A DNA stretch of 63,765 bases, the filler included, from Olpidium bornovanus S191 (lineage: Eukaryota > Fungi > Olpidiomycota): assembly GCA_017911155.1 (NCBI GenBank). It is 30 parts of 30 records of this genome, joined end to end, with 100 filler letters (N's around TTAATTAATTAA, not from the genome) between each part and the next. Parts side by side here need not be neighbours in the genome. Positions count along the whole stretch, not along the records: positions 20,946 to 24,356 come from JAEFCI010000555.1; positions 24,457 to 27,373 come from JAEFCI010004888.1; positions 27,474 to 29,010 come from JAEFCI010004092.1; positions 29,111 to 30,782 come from JAEFCI010008339.1; positions 30,883 to 32,635 come from JAEFCI010012228.1; positions 32,736 to 33,903 come from JAEFCI010010365.1; 24 more parts are not named here. The stretch is one strand, 5' to 3'. Shown here piece by piece: positions 23,147 to 34,003 of this stretch. The position numbers and the translations under genes are program-made. The notes below the pieces were generated by a model. It did no database searches, had not been told where the DNA came from, and worked only from the letters and a program-made list of their open reading frames with translations. How positions within the stretch are numbered: the stretch's first letter is position 1; every line of letters starts with the position of its first letter.

Positions 23147-24356
23147 TTAATCGTAAAAATCCACGAAAACGTTCGGCACGCTGAACTTCTGGATATCGTC
23201 CTCCAGGCGCTTGAGCTGGCTCTCCATGTTGACCTTCCTGGCGATCTTGGGCACGGTGTCGACGGTGAGGCTCAGCTTCTGATAGTCGGTGTTGAGCCTC
23301 TCCCAGTTCTTCTTCAGGCCGTCCAGCACGGCCACGCGCTCCTCCTCCGGCAGAAGGACGAGGCCGCCGCCGCCGCCGCCACCGGCCGCTTCCGCCGCCT
23401 GCTCCGCCTCTGCTGCGAGCTTCCGCCGGGCCTCGGCGGCCTCCGCCTTTCGCTTCACGAGGTACTCCGGCGGCCGGCCGTAATCCGGCTTGCGCACGTA
23501 CTCCGGGCCGGGGGGGTTCGGTTTCTTTGGATCTTTTTAATTTTTATGTATTTTTTTTACGTCCAAGGCCCCACCCCTTTACCGCCACCTCCCCCCCCCC
23601 CACGCACACACGCCCTCTCCCTCCCGGGGAGAGGGAAGGGAGGGAGGAGAGGTGGAGGGAGGGGTCGAGGGTGTTGTCAGAGTGATGATAGGGTTCATCT
23701 CTCTATGTTCGTTCCGTCAAATTCCCACTCCAGCTTCCCCCCCTCCCCCCCACCGCCTCCCCTTGATCTTCTCTCTCTCTGTCTCTTTCTCATCCCCTCT
23801 CGATCCCCCCCATCCCCCTTCCCCCTCTCCGTAATTCAACGCGGCACGCACTCGAGTGGATGTTCTCCAGCGCGTTCAGCCTGATGAAGTCCTTCTTCGT
23901 CTGCGGCAGCACCTTGCCCAGCTCGTCGTGCTTGGGGACGGGAGGCCGCAGCGGGCCGACGACCGTGGCGTTGTGGTGCGGTTTCCGGGCAGCGCCTGGC
24001 CGGGTCGCCGGGGGAGGGGAGGACAGAGAGTTTTACTTTTTTATTTTATTTTATTTTATTTTATTTTATTTTATTTTTTTTCTGTTATGACCAAAAAAAA
24101 ATGCCGGAACACAACACCCGCCGTCACTGACGCGGGCATCGAAAAAAAGGAAAACTCACGCTCCTTCAGGCGCTCCTCCCCGGCGTGCTTCTTCAGGAAA
24201 GCGTCGGGCCGCTCCTTGGTCACGGCCGGCGGACCCATGCCGGCCGCCTCCCTGCGGCCGGCCCTGTGCTCGGCGCGTGCCTGGCTGGAAAACTTTGAGC
24301 GGTACTTCGCCTTCTTCTCGGGCGCGCGAGCCTCCTCGGGGATCAGCCGGTAGACG
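23147..24356 (-). CDS. ENKUR: Enkurin (axonemal microtubule inner protein), N-terminus truncated
   Basis: VYRLIPEE...KYRSKF...MGPP...PDAFLKKH; PPVPKHDE...KKDFIRLNALENI; YGRPPEYL...GLKKNWERLNTDYQKLSLTVDTVPKIARKVNMESQLKRLEDDI. Confidence 0.93.
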
Positions 24357-24602
24357 NNNNNNNNNNNNNNNNNNNNNNNNNNNNNNNNNNNNNNNNNNNN
24401 TTAATTAATTAANNNNNNNNNNNNNNNNNNNNNNNNNNNNNNNNNNNNNNNNNNNNCACGGGTTACGTTTCCGAGTTACAGGAAGTACAGTCGCAAAACG
24501 ATAACCAAAACATGAGGGGTATACAACAATGAGCAGAAGCTGCCTACTGAAATGGGAGGACTTGGAGCCGCGCCGCTGTCGCCCCGCACCGGTGCGCGGC
24601 CG

Positions 24603-24638
<36 letters not shown>

Positions 24639-25003
24639 GCGGCCGCCACTGAGCGGTTTTCTTAATTTTGGGGGAGAATTTACAGGCAAGCGCATAGACG
24701 ACAAAAATAATCAGAGGGAAGTAAAGGAAATTATTTATTGAGAGGGGCATTCTTGGGAAGGAAATTTACACATAAGGGCAAAGATGGAAAACAATAACAG
24801 AGAAGAGCACAGTTGAAGTATATTTACAAAGGAACACTTTTTTTGGTTTGTGGATGTTGATGACAGAGCTGGTTGTGAAGTGTGCACAAGAAGCAGTGTG
24901 CAGAGCTGGGCACAGGCAAAGCGATGCCAGAAGCGACAGCAGAAGCAATTGTCCGAGCAGCTTGCATAATAAAAGCCGGACCAGGTGCATAGTTTTTATT
25001 TTC

Positions 25004-25136
25004 GCTGTATACCAACTCCACGATCAGTACTTGTTCGTCGATATCAGAACGAACAAGCGAGCCAAACATTGTGCTGTATACCATCTCCATAATCAGCGCT
25101 TGTTTGTCGATATCAGATCGAGCAAGCGAGCCAAAC
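25004..25136. repeat. Tandem repeat, 69-bp unit, two diverged copies
   Basis: GCTGTATACCA...CGATATCAGA...CAAGCGAGCCAAACA at 25004 and 25073. Confidence 0.85.
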
Positions 25137-25678
25137 ACGTTACGTTATACGGGCTCAGGAATTCGCCAGCAAAGCTGTTCGGGGGCAACGCATGCCAGCA
25201 GGCTTTTGAGGCAAGCGGCCCAAAAACAACCCTCGCAAACCCACCATCTCTCCGGACGGGATTCCAGTTAGGCCAGCTGTCACCAGATAATGTCCCTTTG
25301 GGTTTGATCCGGCGTGGGCCGTCGTTCCGTGCCGTAAAGTGCTGAAACGCGGCGTGAAACAAGGGGGTTGAGGGGGAAGACAGAGGAGCACAGCGCACCG
25401 GGGCCCCTTAAATCTTCTTTGTTAAAGTGGGTAGAATCTTGAAATAGAGCAGCTCCCCGGGAGCTCCTTCCGAAATTTCAAATTCGTGGGGCGCAAGTCG
25501 GCCGCCGTGGAACCTTTTGTTTTTGAATTGGAAAGTTACGTTTCGGTGCACGGCCACGAACTGCGCCAGTCCAGCTTGCACTTCTACATCCCGTCCGGCC
25601 CCCAACTGTGTCCGTCAACCACCCGCACACCGGAAACGCTTGGAAACGCCTTCCCCCTGCCCAGCCCTGCCGAGAAAC

Positions 25679-27352
25679 ATGGTGCGTCCGTGGCCTTCCC
25701 ACCGCCGCAAACCGCGCATCGCCCCGCTCACTGCCATCCTGCTGCTCCCTTGTGCTTTCCCGTGACGCGTTGGCGAGAGACGTTCGAACCCTCGCTGTCT
25801 CCTTGTGAAACGTCGCTCACTCGACGTGACGCCACGCCTCCCTGTGTAGCCGCCCGTCAAGAAGTCGTCCGGCAAAAAGGTTGCCCCGGCCCCGTTCCCC
25901 ACCAAGAGTGCCGCGAAGAAGGCAAAGCCCGTAAACCCGCTCATTAAAGCGCGGCCTAGGAACTTCGGAATTGGTGGGCGGCCTCGTTATATGTGGTGGT
26001 AGCCCCACTGCGTGGTTCTTCCAGAAAAGGGGAAATGACGTGGTATCGGTTGCCCGCGATGCTTAATGGGGGGGTACTCCGGGTCGTCTTTCCAAAAACC
26101 GCGGGAAAGGAGCTATGGAGTTTTGCGGTTGGCCGGATCGTTGTCGGCGAACGGTTTTGGGCGCGCGCTGGATTCATTCGAAAATCTCCCGGAGCTGTCA
26201 CCAGGTGACGCGGCCTTTCAGCAACGAGCCAGCCGGTGGTCGACTGCTCTATTCGGATTTGTGCGATATGCCGCCCTGTGCCCGGAGCGGGGAGTACCTC
26301 AGTACTTTTTTCTCCCGACGAGCAACCTCGCCGTGGTTAATTGCAATTCACCGCGTCCACCCCGCTCTCTCGACTTTTCCGCGTTGCTTTCGACGACGTA
26401 TGGAGGCTTATCTGCATTACGCAATTCTAAGTCTCCTGACTAAGACGGCTCCCTTCCTGCATACCCGGCTTTTCCTGTTCGTTGCTTTTGGACTGGCGTG
26501 GATTAACCGACCTCCAGGCGGCGATATCCAGCCTAAGCGTGACCTCACCCGGTTTGTCAAGTGGCCTGAGTATGTCCGCCTCCAGCGGCAAGCCAAGATC
26601 CTGCGGCAGCGCCTCAAGGTGCCGCCTTCTATAAACCAATTCACCAATGTTCTTGACAAGAACATAAGTCCGTGCTCGCGCCGTTATCACCATTGTGTTG
26701 TGTCTTATTCCCAGGAATATGGCTGACCTCGGCCGGCTTGGTGATTTGGATGACGTTAGGCGCTCAGATTTTTAAACTTTGCAAAAAGTACCGCCCCGAG
26801 ACTCCTGGTGCGAAGAAGATTCGCCTCCGCGCCGCCGCCGAGGCCACTGCTGAGGGCAAGAAACCTGATCCGGGGAAAAAGCCCATCGTCCTCAAGTTCG
26901 GTATCAACCACATTACTGCTCTTGTTGAGGCCAAGAAACCGGCTCTCGTGATGATTGCTTATGATGTCGACCCTATTGAGGTAAAAACGTCTGGCATTCT
27001 GTAAGGATACCTGCGTCTTGGTTAGCCGGAATAGTAACATTGTGTGCCTTGCCATCAGATCGTTCTTTGGCTCCCTGCCCTGTGCCGCAAAATGGGCATC
27101 CCGTACTGCATCGTTAAGGATAAGGCCCTCCTTGGCAGGATGGTCCACCAAAAGACTGCGACTGCCATCGCCATCGTTGACGTTGGCTCCGAGGACAAGT
27201 CGGACTTCTCCTCGATCGTTTCTGCCGTAAAGGCTAACTACAACGACAAGGCTGAGGAAATCCGCCGCACGTGGGGCGGAGGTATAATGGGCCCTAAAAG
27301 CCGGGCAGCCTCGCGCAAGAAGCTCGCCGCCGCCAACGAGAATACCAAATAG
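25679..27352 (+). CDS. RPL8: 60S ribosomal protein L8/L7a (eL8), complete
   Basis: Exons 25679-25681 (ATG), 25850-25973 (KKVAPAP...[14 protein letters not shown]), 26518-26667 ([24 protein letters not shown]), 26760-26980 and 27059-27352. All introns GT-AG. Confidence 0.97.
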
Positions 27353-27473
27353 CTTCTGTTCAGCGCGCCATGGNNNNNNNNNNNNNNNNNNNNNNNNNNN
27401 NNNNNNNNNNNNNNNNNTTAATTAATTAANNNNNNNNNNNNNNNNNNNNNNNNNNNNNNNNNNNNNNNNNNNN

Positions 27474-28658
27474 ACATGCTCGTGGAATTGGCCATCAGAG
27501 TACAGGCCTGGCGAAGTTGTGTGGGCGTGTCTGCAAAAAGGGAACGAAAAAATTTGGAAGCCTGCCCAGGTCTTGGAAGTTGTCCGGGGGGACAGGTTAT
27601 CGGCGTCAAATCTGTCACCTTTTACCGACCAACATACCGCAAAACGGCAGCGTCGGGATGACGGCGCACTTGCACCGCAGGATCTTTCATTACCCGACCA
27701 TGTTCCCCCCAGAACAGCGTATACGGAAAGCGACCCATCAGGCCCAGAAATGCTCAGCAATGCAGGCTCTCCTGCGGGCCGCAGCACAGACGAAAAGCCC
27801 GTATACCGGCTTCGCCAACTCCCGGTCGCCAGTTTCGACTACAACGTCGGCCAAGAGCCCTCGAAACTTTATCTGATGGAGGAGGTGAATGTGTCATCAC
27901 TGGACATCAATCCATGGACTGCGAGGTCGCTAGAAAATCTCGGGCGCGAATCTGACGAAACATGGCATTCCGCTGTCATCCAAGCTGTCAGTTTGTCGTC
28001 GACTTGGGGCGTGGCCGCTTCGAGACAAACGACTAAAATCAAGGCCGAGAAGACATCAGCTTTACTTAGCGAAGGCTGCATTTCTACGTCGCCAGAATGC
28101 CGAGATAGCAAGTGTTTTTATCCTTGCTTCCGTTTCGGCACAGAAGAAATCAGAGTGAACGATCTTGTGGAGCTCCCTACTCTTGACAACCCGGGAAATT
28201 TTCCTGTCCCCGCAGTGGTCAGGGGATTGCAGTTCTCAAGGGACCCCATCAAGAACAGGATGTACCTGGAGGTGACAAAAATCTGGAGCGCAGCAGCTGG
28301 CGATGCCAAAGCGCTGCCGTCCTGCTCGACCCTCTGGATAACTGGCAACCTGTTTCGGTTGGTAACTTTGAGCGAAGACGGAGGGACCCGACGGGGCCCG
28401 CAATTGCATCCGCACGCTGCCAAGTTCGGTTTTCAGCCGGTCCTGGAGAACAGGGAAGTCGGAGCCGAGGGGGGTAACGAAAACGGCGACAAAAAGGAGA
28501 GAGAAGGGGACGCTGCGGACCACGAGGAGGACAAAGGGTCGGAGATGGTTCTCCAGGCCACAGTTTCGGTGTGCGAAATTGCAGGCAAGGCTTACGCGCA
28601 TCTGCTTGGCGGTCGGCCAAGGCGGATGCCAGTTGTCTCCCGCGGCGGGCTGGAATGA
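27474..28658 (+). CDS. Cryptic loci regulator 2 (Clr2)-like protein, C-terminal domain
   Basis: YRPGEVVW, WHSAVIQAVSLSSTW and FRFGTEEIRVNDLVEL resemble the Clr2-family motifs (R.GE.VW; W..AV..A; F.G.E.I.V.D.V). Long 379-aa open frame. Confidence 0.7.
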   Translation, partial: TCSWNWPSEYRPGEVVWACLQKGNEKIWKPAQVLEVVRGDRLSASNLSPFTDQHTAKRQRRDDGALAPQDLSLPDHVPPRTAYTESDPSGPEMLSNAGSPAGRSTDEKPVYRLRQLPVASFDYNVGQEPSKLYLMEEVNVSSLDINPWTARSLENLGRESDETWHSAVIQAVSLSSTWGVAASRQTTKIKAEKTSALLSEGCISTSPECRDSKCFYPCFRFGTEEIRVNDLVELPTLDNPGNFPVPAVVRGLQFSRDPIKNRMYLEVTKIWSAAAGDAKALPSCSTLWITGNLFRLVTLSEDGGTRRGPQLHPHAAKFGFQPVLENREVGAEGGNENGDKKEREGDAADHEEDKGSEMVLQATVSVCEIAGKAYAHLLGGRPRRMPVVSRGGLE

Positions 28659-28821
28659 GATTTCATTAGCCTCCCGTACGCGCCCTTGTGAATTGTTGTT
28701 GCCCGTCTGGCTAAATCGCCCGGTGCGCGGGCGCACCCATCCCGCTTGGCGCAGGCAATTGCAAATCTGAGCCTAGATAATGTGCCAAGAACGAAATACA
28801 GAAAGCGCGTTAGCATCGGAA

Positions 28822-28847
28822 TTGCTACACCTCGGTGAGCTTCGCTC
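28822..28847 (+). repeat. Dispersed repeat family, copy A
   Basis: TTGCTACACCTCGGTGAGCTTCGCTC, identical to the start of the copy at 39840. Confidence 0.85.
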
Positions 28848-30007
28848 CTTTAGAGACAGCAACATGGTCTAGACCTAGCCCGAAGTGGCCCATGGTCAGA
28901 TATTTGGCACGGGGTAGCCCCCGAGGCGTTAAAATGGCCAGTTGCACGCACGCACACCTCGATAAGGGGGCCGCAAATGAAACGAATGCAAGGATGCCAG
29001 TGTGCATAAANNNNNNNNNNNNNNNNNNNNNNNNNNNNNNNNNNNNNNNNNNNNTTAATTAATTAANNNNNNNNNNNNNNNNNNNNNNNNNNNNNNNNNN
29101 NNNNNNNNNNAAAAACAAAAAAAAAACCCCCCACACCGCCGCCTCAAGCCGCCCGGCCCGGACGGCACTCGCTGCCGCAAGCTCTTACGCACCCCACCGG
29201 CCCCCGCGCCCCGCACCCCGCGCCGCCGTTTCCACTCCCCCCTTTCCGTCAGAGAACTCCTCGCTCCCAGAAGCGAGTCGGCTCCAGGTGCGGCGAGGGC
29301 GGGCGGCGGGGGTTGTGCCCTTCCCACCCAACCCCCCCCTTCCCCCCCACCTTTTTCCCTGGAAAGAGGGGGATTGGGAGGCGGGCGGCGGGTTCCGGGG
29401 AAGTCCGGCGAGGAGATGCACGCAAGGCGCGCAAATTAACGGGAGCGAAACGACTTCATCTGCGACGCAATCCCTTCCCACAGCCCTCCCCAACCGTGAA
29501 CTGCTGAGTTGGAGAAAAGTAACGTGCGTCGTCAGGTGCTCCCGGGAGAGGGCACTTCTCCGCTACCCTCTCCAATCCGCCTCCGCCGTGCTGCCGGAGC
29601 TTCGCGGGAAAGGCGACCATCGTACGGCCGCACCAACGCCCCTCCTTCCCAATACCCCCCGGAGTTACGGGCGTCTGCCTCCGGCTGTTTTTCTGTTGCC
29701 GTCTCTCTGTCGCGCGTGTTTCGGCGTATCCTTTGCCCTTGCGCTGCTGCAGTTCCGCTTCTCTTTCGTGTGCTGTTTTCTGGCCGAATCCGGCCTGCCC
29801 ATGTTCACCGCATAAAGGGCACCCCCTCCCCCACCCCCTCCCCTCCCCTCCCCCTCCCTTCCCCCCGTCCAGCGAGTCCGCGCCGGCTTTCCTTCGAGCT
29901 GATTGGAAAAACGTCTGCCCTGCCTCTGTTCCCCCATCCCCATCTCTCCCCGCCACCAAGCCTGCCTTCCCTGTCTCCAGGCGCCCCTTTCGCCGTCACT
30001 CTGGACA

Positions 30008-30782
30008 ATGGCCGATAACGCCCATCTGCACGCCCACGAGTATTATAGCACGGGAGACAACGCTCCCTCCGCAGCGTCGCTGTGGCGGAACCGGACTTTC
30101 AGCGAGGTCAGGGGGGAGCTTCGCTGAAAAAGGACGCGAGGACGAAGAAGAAGAAGGAGAAGGAGAAGGGGTGGTGCTGACTGTGTGCGGTCCGCCCGAC
30201 GACGCCTTCTTCAGGCGAAAACCAAGGTGAACGGGTCTCTGGAGAAGGCGCCCGAGTCCAGGTACCGCAGAACGCGCAGAGGGTCTCACGGTCGGTATAT
30301 AAAGGAGGTGCAGTTCATCGTCGGTCTGCTATGCCCCGGAGCTTACAGGCTCGCTCACCCGCGGTTCTATCGCCGGTTCGATCCTGCGAAAAGATGCGTT
30401 GTCGTCAAAGCCCCGGAAATTTTTGATAGACGTGGAGGAGACTCAACGGCAGCTGGTAGCGCAGGAGGACACGGACGGTGATTTTCAAATCACCGTCAAC
30501 GACGTTGGGCCGAAAGTCATCAAAGTCGGCACGGCCGACTCGGGCGGGTTCCTAAAGTACGACATCCGGGGGACGTATATGCTGTCCAACCTGCTGCAGG
30601 AGCTGTCGCTGGCCAACGACTACGGACGGAAGCACATCGTGCTTGACGAGATGAGGCTCAACGAGAATCCCGTGAACCGGCTCTCGCGGATGATCCGACA
30701 GCATTTCTGGAACGGCCTCACCCGGCGAATCGACGCCGACAGCATTGAGCTTATTTGCGCGGACCCGAAAAACCGCACCATG
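30008..30782 (+). CDS. NTH1: Neutral trehalase, 5' part
   Basis: PKA-type sites RNRTFS and RRGSH; [18 protein letters not shown] (Ca-binding domain); [13 protein letters not shown]; [31 protein letters not shown]. Confidence 0.96.
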
Positions 30783-30924
30783 NNNNNNNNNNNNNNNNNN
30801 NNNNNNNNNNNNNNNNNNNNNNNNNNTTAATTAATTAANNNNNNNNNNNNNNNNNNNNNNNNNNNNNNNNNNNNNNNNNNNNCCCCCCCCCTCTTTTTTT
30901 CCCCCCCCTCCCCCCCCCCCCCCT

Positions 30925-30964
<40 letters not shown>

Positions 30965-31119
30965 GCCCTCTGGCACGGCGGCTGCCGCCTGCCGCGTCGC
31001 GAGGGGAGCCGCGGCAGTTCCGCCGCCCGGGCAGGCGGTCCAGGGCGAGCGCCCGAAAAAGGAACGTAAAAGAGCAGCGAAGGGGAGGCGCCACCACTGC
31101 CCCGTGTCAATTCCCCGTC

Positions 31120-32518
31120 TTGGCGAAGCATCGTCAGCAAATGGGCGAACCGCCGCGCGGTGCGAGCGGCGGCCGCCCCGGGTTGCCGGCGCCTGCGCCT
31201 AGGCTTTCCCCGCCGGGTCCTGTACATCCTCTCCCCGCCTGCTCCGGCTGCGGCAGCAGCTGCGGGACGGCCTGCCCCGCGCCGGACTTGGACTGCGGTG
31301 GCGTCCTGGATCAGCTTAAAAGGCTTATATCGGCCGACCAGCGCTACAGCGGCGTCTTATCCGCTGTGCAACGCGTCGTCGGCGTCGGCGACCGCGGCGG
31401 CCAAGCAACGGGCATTCCCGAAGCTTCGCGGCAGTGTCCCGGACGTCCACCAATTTTGTACACCGCGAACCGCGATGCGACAAGTAACGAGAACCCTGCG
31501 CAGGATTGCGCGAGCCACGTAGGTGATCAAGTGGACATGTTCCTGAAGGCCTTCTTGCGATTCAGGAATTACGACGTCGAAAGTGCGGCGGCCCTACTGC
31601 TCGGCTACGTACGTCAACTGGACATAGCACTTCTCTCTTTCCGCTGGCGGGACTCCTAAGATATTCCCTCGCTTGCATTCGCAAACTTGGTGCGCAATCC
31701 AAGTGGGACTGTCGAACCAAAGTTTTGGGCCTCGGAGACGGGTGCGTGCCCAGATTCGCGCCCTTTCCGAAAGTTTTCGGGAGAAAGGGATGACGAAGCG
31801 GCCGCATATCGGCTGTCGTTCCAACCGCGCGCGGCCTATGTTCGAACCCTGAAACCAGGCCCCTTCCAAACTCGACCCGGGATGCCCTCCTCTCGTCGTT
31901 CATCGCCCTTCCCCCTGGCACGAGGGATCTGGAGGGACGCCCGATCGTCCTTTTTTGGTCGTCCAGGGTCCTGCCCGGCGTGTACGGTGCTGTGGACGTC
32001 GTCCGCGCGCTCTGGCTGGTCCTCGAGCGTGTGCTCGTCGACGACGTCTCCCAGAGCAAGGGCGTCTGCTTCGTTGACGACGCCGCGGGTGCGGGAATGG
32101 TGCGTCGTCGCGCTGCTTCGGGCGGTTTTTCTTTTGTTTTCCCGTCGAGGCTTTCGCCCCGTCTCCGCGGTGCACGTTTTTCCCACTAACGTAGTCGAGA
32201 CGCCATCAGGACAACGGCGACAGGTTAATGCTCAAGCTCCTCGTCCGCCACGTCCAGCACCGCATCCCGCTGCGCCTGGGGTCCGCGTACGTCCTCCGGC
32301 CGGCCACCCTCTTCTACGTGCTCTGGCCGCTGTTCAGGCGCGTGATCAAACCCAAACTTGCGCGCCGCGTGACGATCATCCGGGGGGCCTCCTGGCGCGA
32401 GGAGCTCGCCGAACGCGTGGGGCCCGCCGGCGTGCCGCGCGAGTGGGGGGGCGACCTCGACTTCGACGAGCGCCGCTGGGTGAAGGCGGAATTCTCCCCG
32501 CTGTTCGCCGACGATTAG
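31120..32518 (+). CDS. CRAL-TRIO (Sec14-like) lipid-binding protein; start uncertain
   Basis: DMFLKAFLRFRNYDVESAAALLLGY (CRAL-N); ALWLVLERVLVDDVSQSKGVCFVDDAAG; PLRLGSAYVL...KPKLARRVTII...VPREWGGD. Confidence 0.85.
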
Positions 32519-32792
32519 AGTCACCCTCCCCCCCATCCCGTCCGAGGCTTCGCTGCCCCACCCCCGAAGACCCCCCCCTCCCCCCCCCCCCCCCCCCCCC
32601 CCGCCCCCCTCCCCCCCCCGCCCCCCCCCCACAGANNNNNNNNNNNNNNNNNNNNNNNNNNNNNNNNNNNNNNNNNNNNTTAATTAATTAANNNNNNNNN
32701 NNNNNNNNNNNNNNNNNNNNNNNNNNNNNNNNNNNCATGACTGCAGCACAAAAATCTCGGAGATATCTCGGAAAACACTCCCGCAGACTGAC

Positions 32793-33729
32793 ATCCTTTT
32801 CCAACCGTGTACACTCAGCACAGTAGTACGCGTCTGATACACCTGGAAATTTTGTTCGCGCGCCCGTTTAGCACGGCGAAACGGCTCACCGTGACCAGGA
32901 CAACAAACACAGGCTCCCGCTCTCACCTGGCGCGCCGCAAATCACGCAACGGCCCTGAAAGGACCCGTAATTGCACTCGTCGCATATCCGGACCAGCGTT
33001 GCCGGACGGACGTAGCTGTCACAGATGACGCATTTGCCTTTTCAAATAGACAGCGCTTTCAGCGGGAAAACCTGTTTTACCAGGGCAAAGGGGTAAAACT
33101 TGGACGCCGAACAAAAACGCTGCTATAAGGCCTACCGTCACACTTCTCGCAAAGGCGTCCGATTGCTACGAAAGCGGGCGTCAAGCGGCGAGTACGGAGA
33201 TGTTAGGCAAACCGCCGCCTCGCTTTTCTGGCGAACAAAGCAGGCTATCTCAACTGAACACGACGAACCAAGACGCCCTGCAGCGCCTACCGATTCCGGG
33301 TAACTTCCGACTGGCAAACAGAAAAAAGGGGACCGCCGGAGGGCATGCGGAAAACAAAACAGAAGATCCGCGGCGGTGCCTTGTTAGCGAACCCAAAAAG
33401 GGAGACTCAGCGCCATCGGCCAGACGGCATGGGGGCGGGACAAACCAGAAGACGAGATCCTGGAGAGGTAAAGAAAAGCGTGAGTCGATACGCGAAGGTA
33501 TTACGCGGCAGCGTGGAGCTGGTTCGGAAACTCACCGGATGGTGCTGCGAGGTGAGGATATTGAGAGCGCGAGGTGTTCCGACGGGGAAGGGGCGGCGGC
33601 ACGGAGAGAATAAACGCGCGGTCAGTAGGCCTCGCGGAGTCGGTTTCGCGCGCAGCGCGGAAAGCACGGGACGCGGCGGCCGCACACGGCGGGCGGCAGG
33701 CAAAGCCACTCTCCGCGCGACTTTATCCC

Positions 33730-33771
<42 letters not shown>

Positions 33772-33785
33772 GTTACCTTGGCCAT
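32793..33785 (-). CDS. PHF5A: U2 snRNP SF3b subunit PHF5A/Rds3, 3' end missing
   Basis: Seven GT-AG exons (33785-33777, 33544-33536, 33459-33446, 33310-33291, 33165-33136, 33037-32927, 32842-32793) splice to [81 protein letters not shown]. Confidence 0.97.
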
Positions 33786-33856
33786 AATATGGGCCTACGC
33801 GGGGAGCGCGGTGCTGCTGCTGCTGGCGCTCCTGAACTGTCGGCTGCGGCCGTTTT

Positions 33857-33897
<41 letters not shown>

Positions 33898-34003
33898 TCA
33901 CCCNNNNNNNNNNNNNNNNNNNNNNNNNNNNNNNNNNNNNNNNNNNNTTAATTAATTAANNNNNNNNNNNNNNNNNNNNNNNNNNNNNNNNNNNNNNNNN
34001 NNN

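Noticed and set aside
26066-26443. ORF nested in RPL8 intron 2 with faint DONSON-like wording
   Set aside because: The similarity is too weak and there is no supporting splice or start context.
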